Shown: positions 59,336 to 64,000 of the stretch, one piece after another
How positions within the stretch are numbered: position 1 is the first letter of the stretch
How the letters are laid out: each line of letters begins with the position of its first letter
Virus record (IMG/VR): IMGVR_UViG_3300035670_011224
Location: 1-64,000 of that record
Length of the DNA stretch: 64,000 bases
Reading direction: 5' to 3' (one strand)
Origin: a virus
Translations under genes and position numbers: made by a program
The notes under the pieces: generated by a model
Database searches by the model: none
What the model saw: the letters and a program-made list of their open reading frames with translations, nothing else
Told to the model about the DNA's origin: nothing

Positions 59336-60773
59336 TGTTGTTCTCATCATTAACGATAAATCCTTTGTCTGTGTTAGTATTATTATTTACTAATTCCAAT
59401 CTTGTCTTACCTTCTTCAATTTTTGCACACCAGCCCTTCATGTGACAATTAATATAGTCATTGTCGTCTAGACCTCCACCGTGTCTACTAATAATAGGAA
59501 CAAGTTTTCTATTACCATTAGTCGGTCCGTCTTCGGCAATCTCTTCGTCGCTTTTTCTTTTGAAAATAGTAAAATTGCTACATAACCATATTATACGATC
59601 AGAGCCGCTGGCGGTATCTGTGGTTTCTTTTGTTATACCATCCCTATTTAATTGTATAAAACCAAGAATAGGAACTTTATATCTGACAGCAAAATTATGT
59701 AAGCTTGTCATCATAAAACCTAAAACCTGATACTCTTTCATATCCTGAGATATTCCTGCACTATCCATTAGTTTTAGATAATCATAAACAATAACGCAGT
59801 CTTTGGCTGTTCCATCTGGGTGTAGCCCAACCTCTTTAACCAACCATCTTCTCATGATAGCCAATTGTTCTTCAAATGGTTTACCAGCGATTGACTTGTA
59901 ATACAGTCTAACATCTTTAAGTTCTTTTTGAGCCGTTTGTAATCTATTATTTTTATCCGGAGACTCAAATGCTTTACCGGTTTCTATACTTGAAATCTCT
60001 ATTTCTGTCATCATGGCCAAAACCCTATTAAGATGATCGTCTGTGCTCATCTCGGTGTCCATATTTAATACTGGCACTTTGACATTTTTTGCTATGTGTA
60101 AACCAATATTATCTGCTAGCAGAGTCTTACCAGTTTTTGGTCTTGCAGCTATAATACTTACTGATCCTTTTCTAAGACCACCACCTATAGCATTGTCATA
60201 AACATGAAATCCTGTAGATATGCCAACTTGATCAATGGGATTTTCTTTGATATTATTGATATAATCATCAACGATATTTGCTATACAAACAGGATTATTG
60301 TCGGTATCATTTAGCAGTGTTGAGAAATTGAAGATACTATCTTCTGCTAATCCTATAATCGACGATATTGGTTCGGCACCGGTTATATCTAATAATTTTT
60401 CTTTTGCTTCTTCTAGTTGATCTCTAAGTAATCTAGCTATTTGTAGTTTTCTAATTTTAGCTGCAAATTTTCTAACATTTTCTAGATTAACCGGAAAATC
60501 TATAATAGCTTTTAAATGTTGAGTCTCATTTTTTTGAGATAAAATATGACCAAAATTTAATGATTGAGCAACAGATAGTATTGAGGCTATATCTATAGAA
60601 GGACTATGATCTTTTTCACATATTTCTTTTATTACTTGATATATCATTATATTACTATCAACAGTAAATGTTGATGGCTGTATAATATCCGCAATATCTA
60701 AGTATGCATTTTCACCGTATTTGCATATTCCAGACAATACCGCTCTTTCTGCGGCAGGATCACAAAGTATCAT
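59307..60773 (-). CDS. dnaB: Replicative DNA helicase
   Basis: AERAVLSG N-terminus, Walker A AARPKTGKT, DTEM, YDYLKLM, and QLNR. Confidence 0.92.
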   Translation of the reverse strand: MILCDPAAERAVLSGICKYGENAYLDIADIIQPSTFTVDSNIMIYQVIKEICEKDHSPSIDIASILSVAQSLNFGHILSQKNETQHLKAIIDFPVNLENVRKFAAKIRKLQIARLLRDQLEEAKEKLLDITGAEPISSIIGLAEDSIFNFSTLLNDTDNNPVCIANIVDDYINNIKENPIDQVGISTGFHVYDNAIGGGLRKGSVSIIAARPKTGKTLLADNIGLHIAKNVKVPVLNMDTEMSTDDHLNRVLAMMTEIEISSIETGKAFESPDKNNRLQTAQKELKDVRLYYKSIAGKPFEEQLAIMRRWLVKEVGLHPDGTAKDCVIVYDYLKLMDSAGISQDMKEYQVLGFMMTSLHNFAVRYKVPILGFIQLNRDGITKETTDTASGSDRIIWLCSNFTIFKRKSDEEIAEDGPTNGNRKLVPIISRHGGGLDDNDYINCHMKGWCAKIEEGKTRLELVNNNTNTDKGFIVNDENNNDDQEIPFV

Positions 60774-60776
60774 TTT

Positions 60777-61178
60777 TCATCCAGCGTTTGTTGAACAGTT
60801 ATTACATTTATAGCGAGAAGGACTATCATGCACAAGGGCCGGATTTATATTTTCTGTTTTTCCACATACTCTGCATTTCACAGATATCGGCTCGTATTCT
60901 CTTGTTCGTGCAACTGGTGGATGTTTTGCTAATTTTTCATCTATTAGATTATCATCTTTGTGCATATGAAACTCACTCATTTTTTCAAATTTATTACCAG
61001 ACTGTGCTGGAAGTCTTTTATTTTTAGTACGGATACTATTTGTTAGTTGAGTATCTTCGCTCTCGACAGAGGAAATCTCTTCTTTTGTTTCAGCTTTTTC
61101 GTCTGGTAACAAAGACTGAAGTACGGTAATTAAATTTTTTATTTGTTCTGGGTTGTTTAATAAATCTTTAAGATCCAT
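60777..61178 (-). CDS. Hypothetical protein with C-terminal Zn ribbon
   Basis: CRVCG...CNNC. Confidence 0.65.
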   Translation of the reverse strand: MDLKDLLNNPEQIKNLITVLQSLLPDEKAETKEEISSVESEDTQLTNSIRTKNKRLPAQSGNKFEKMSEFHMHKDDNLIDEKLAKHPPVARTREYEPISVKCRVCGKTENINPALVHDSPSRYKCNNCSTNAG

Positions 61179-61659
61179 GTTTACTTTTACTCTTTTGGAT
61201 GGAAATCATAACATCAGATAAGTTTTTTATACTATTAGCAAGATATTGCAATCTATCACTACGTTGTTTTGCATATTTTTTTATACTATTCAATCCATTA
61301 GCTTTTTCATTATGTTTAATAGCCTGTATTGATTTTTCAATATAACCATATCCTTTATAGTTATTAATATCGTCTGCTATAACTTCTTTTATATTTTCGT
61401 CCGCCCAGTTATATCTTGCTATTTCTCTATTTAAACTACGTTGTACATAGAAAGAGAATTGGGATAATCTATATGATATTTGCGCACAATCTTCTGGACT
61501 TAATTTCTCTATTTCATCTCTGTTCATTGATGTATATTTATTAATTTCTTCCGATGGTATAATACTAGCAGAGAATTCCGATAAACCTATAGAATTTTCG
61601 TATTCGTCTAAGATTTTATCCCAATACTGTAATTCTTCTTTAGATGATTTGCTGTTCAT
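61168..61659 (-). CDS. Helical hypothetical protein (possible UvsY-like recombination mediator)
   Basis: 163 aa, coiled-coil character, located between recA and dnaB. The function is inferred from position only. Confidence 0.45.
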   Translation of the reverse strand: MNSKSSKEELQYWDKILDEYENSIGLSEFSASIIPSEEINKYTSMNRDEIEKLSPEDCAQISYRLSQFSFYVQRSLNREIARYNWADENIKEVIADDINNYKGYGYIEKSIQAIKHNEKANGLNSIKKYAKQRSDRLQYLANSIKNLSDVMISIQKSKSKHGS

Positions 61660-62059
61660 GATTTATTCTTTGTGTCCATTGATCTATATTTTCATGATAT
61701 GGTAATTCTATGTATCTTATATTATTAATATTGCACCATTCTGATTTTTCTCTATCTTTTTTTTGAGCTTTAAGAAAACTCATCATGTTACCATGATAAT
61801 ATGGCACATACTTATAGTGTTGTTCTCCATGAACCTCAACACACCATTTTAATAGTGGTAGATAAAAATCTAAATATGCTATTTGGCCTTTTCTTATTGG
61901 TATCAAAACTTCTTCCAAGATTTGTAGTGTTGGATGAAGAGAAATTAATAGGTTTCTTGCCTGCAAATGGTATGACGACTTATTCTGTATTTTACCTTTC
62001 GAAACGTAACCTGTCAAGGCCCAAGAAACAACTTCTCCATCCAAATTAGTTATATTCAT
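61640..62059 (-). CDS. DUF559/Vsr-like endonuclease
   Basis: LDFYLP...VEVHGEQH...DREK..WC....I..IE. Confidence 0.75.
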   Translation of the reverse strand: MNITNLDGEVVSWALTGYVSKGKIQNKSSYHLQARNLLISLHPTLQILEEVLIPIRKGQIAYLDFYLPLLKWCVEVHGEQHYKYVPYYHGNMMSFLKAQKKDREKSEWCNINNIRYIELPYHENIDQWTQRINHEQQII

Positions 62060-63072
62060 TACTTTTTAATACCCAACAGGCTTTTAACAGAATCTTCGAC
62101 CTCTTTTGCTATTTCTGGATTTTCCATCAAAAATATTCTGGTTTTTTCTGCTCCTTGAAATTTATGAGAGTCTTTGCTGGTTTTGATGGTATACCATGCT
62201 CCACCTTTATTTATAACTCCGACGTCCGAGGCCAAATTAACAAGCTCTGTGAGCTTATCTATACCTTCGTTATACCGAATAAAGCTTTTTGCTACTCCTC
62301 CAGGAGGACCGAGAGCAGAACAAATAACTTGCCATTCAACCTCTTGGCCTATCTGAGTATCGTCTGCTCCTAAAGACCATGGTTTAGAACTTTTTGCTCG
62401 TAGTTTAATATCGGTTTGATACGCGATACCTTGACCGCTTTTCTCCTTAAATTCTGCCCCGTATCCTGTTGGATTACCCATCAAATGAGTAATCCCAATC
62501 ACAATATTTTTATTTACAGGAATAACATTAGAAACTTTTCTACAGAATTTAGCTAATAATTTTGCACCGTCTGCTCTTTGCATTTTATCCATATCGCTGG
62601 TGATTTCAGCTTCTGTGCATAGCGCAGAATAAGAGTCGATGATTACTATCGAGCCAGGAATTTCATTAATAATTCTTTCTGCTATTTGTAGATATTCTTC
62701 AGCATGTAAAATCTTACCCTGTTGAGATCCTATAATATGAAATCGAGTTAAATCTAATCCTTTAATACCCAATAAATCTCTTTGTTTTAGTCTACCTTCA
62801 ATATTTAGGTAGTACACTTCTCTGGGATTTTTTAGATCTCCTTGGTATTCTGGTTTTTGTGCTGTGGTGGCAAAGTCTAGTGAGGATAAAGTTTTTCCAC
62901 ATTTAGGTTGTCCTGTAAATATCACAAAACTACCTTCTGGTATTCCTCCGCCTAGAACTATATCCAGAGCAGGACTAATAGGAATAGTGAGTATCTTTTT
63001 TTCTACCAGTGAATTACCTGATAATATAATATCGTCTCCAAAATTTTTAATTATATCTTCTTTAAGACTCAT
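62059..63072 (-). CDS. recA: RecA/UvsX-like recombinase
   Basis: SPALDIVLGGGIPEG, Walker A GQPKCGKT, IIDSYSAL, and KGGAWY...KFQG. Confidence 0.9.
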   Translation of the reverse strand: MSLKEDIIKNFGDDIILSGNSLVEKKILTIPISPALDIVLGGGIPEGSFVIFTGQPKCGKTLSSLDFATTAQKPEYQGDLKNPREVYYLNIEGRLKQRDLLGIKGLDLTRFHIIGSQQGKILHAEEYLQIAERIINEIPGSIVIIDSYSALCTEAEITSDMDKMQRADGAKLLAKFCRKVSNVIPVNKNIVIGITHLMGNPTGYGAEFKEKSGQGIAYQTDIKLRAKSSKPWSLGADDTQIGQEVEWQVICSALGPPGGVAKSFIRYNEGIDKLTELVNLASDVGVINKGGAWYTIKTSKDSHKFQGAEKTRIFLMENPEIAKEVEDSVKSLLGIKK

Positions 63073-63484
63073 TATCTATATCCTCTAGTTTTGAAAGTAT
63101 ATTATTAGATTTTTTATGATTGTTTGTTTTATATTTTTTATGAGATGATCTGTCTATATCTTTTGAAAATTCTTTGTTTTGTGAATCTAAGATTTTCTGA
63201 TGATGTTCTATAATAGGTTTGAGCATGGGCGCTCGCAACGAATAAGTATTCACGGTTTTGCTATCTTGTAAGGCTTTTACTATAGCCAAAGGATTATATT
63301 GTTTGACTAACTTATTTGCTGTTGCAATCTGATTTCTATAAAAAGCAGACCATTCTTTATTTAGCCAAAATTTATAGTGAATATCTTTTTTGTCAAGTTT
63401 TGCCTTTTTTTCACAAATAATTTCTGTGATATATTGGGCAGCAGATACTTCCTTATTATTGGAGTATCTAGATATGAATTTCAT
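63062..63484 (-). CDS. Hypothetical protein
   Basis: 140-aa ORF overlapping both neighbours. Confidence 0.65.
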   Translation of the reverse strand: MKFISRYSNNKEVSAAQYITEIICEKKAKLDKKDIHYKFWLNKEWSAFYRNQIATANKLVKQYNPLAIVKALQDSKTVNTYSLRAPMLKPIIEHHQKILDSQNKEFSKDIDRSSHKKYKTNNHKKSNNILSKLEDIDNES

Positions 63485-63795
63485 TTGGTGAACGGTTTGA
63501 ATATATGGTCTGGTGACTTTTGCGGATTAGACAATTTTGATCTGTTATGGTCGTTCATCATAGATGCTTCTTGTGTCATAATAGCAACGGTGTTATTTTT
63601 TTTAACAGCAGTTTTTGTTATCATCAAATCTTTAGCTGTTGGTTGTTGATTCACTTTTATCAGATTTTCTGATTCTATCACCGATTGTACGCTCTCAACA
63701 GATAAATTAGTTTCAGAAGCTATTTGTTCTGTTGTAAAATTCTGAGAAAATAAATATTTGATAGCGTAAATATTATTTTTTGATATTTTTGCCAT
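63481..63795 (-). CDS. Hypothetical protein with N-terminal HTH
   Basis: The likely start is ATG 63795 (TAATG overlap with the upstream ORF). TTEQIASETNLSVESV is HTH-like. Confidence 0.6.
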   Translation of the reverse strand: MAKISKNNIYAIKYLFSQNFTTEQIASETNLSVESVQSVIESENLIKVNQQPTAKDLMITKTAVKKNNTVAIMTQEASMMNDHNRSKLSNPQKSPDHIFKPFTK

Positions 63796-63998
63796 TACAT
63801 CCTCTCTCTTTCTGCTTTGATAAGCCAAGCTGAATTGCCTGTTAATAAAAAATTTAGATAAAATGAAAATGTGATAGAGTTTACAGATACAAATTTACTA
63901 GCTGGTCTTACAACATTATGTAGAAAACTGTAGCTTTGTTCTCTGTCTAATTTTGATATTGGATTAAATAATTGATTATTATTTGAAACTTTTATTTG
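63795..63998 (-). CDS. Partial ORF running off the window end
   Basis: Open frame QIKVSNNNQLFNP...AWLIKAERERM* ending at TAA 63795-63797. Absent from the ORF track. Confidence 0.65.
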   Translation of the reverse strand, partial: QIKVSNNNQLFNPISKLDREQSYSFLHNVVRPASKFVSVNSITFSFYLNFLLTGNSAWLIKAERERM

Positions 63999-64000
63999 AT

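Noticed and set aside
45425-63649. Short plus-strand ORFs within the replication block
   Set aside because: They lie antisense to well-supported genes and show no recognisable motifs.

Overview
AT-rich segment of a large tailed dsDNA phage genome, made of two converging blocks that meet tail-to-tail at 41358/41362. The + strand (1-41358) carries a virion/tail module: a 5'-truncated tape-measure-like protein, paralogous fibre/adhesin proteins, four genes built from a Cys-rich FN3-like repeat, a mucin-stalk/Asp-box/LRR adhesin, and three large tail/baseplate-type proteins. The - strand (41362-64000) carries a replication/recombination module: RecA, DnaB, DnaG, dNMP kinase, a PD-(D/E)XK nuclease with an intein, DnaE in three pieces, a DEDDh exonuclease, SSB, a Rad52-like annealase, and a glycosyltransferase-like cluster. 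The main highlights are: (1) a genes-in-pieces DnaE, split in the palm by a free-standing LAGLIDADG gene whose ribosome-binding site sits in a hairpin, and split again around a proofreading-type exonuclease; (2) a circularly permuted FGE-sulfatase/CLec domain inserted into a tail protein; (3) an array of about 18 Cys-stapled FN3-like repeats over four genes; (4) a class-3 intein starting with Gly; (5) a tightly coupled run of glyco-enzyme-like ORFs that appear to lack catalytic motifs. No tRNA, rRNA, CRISPR array or reverse transcriptase was seen. All family assignments come from recognising motifs by eye, not from database searches.
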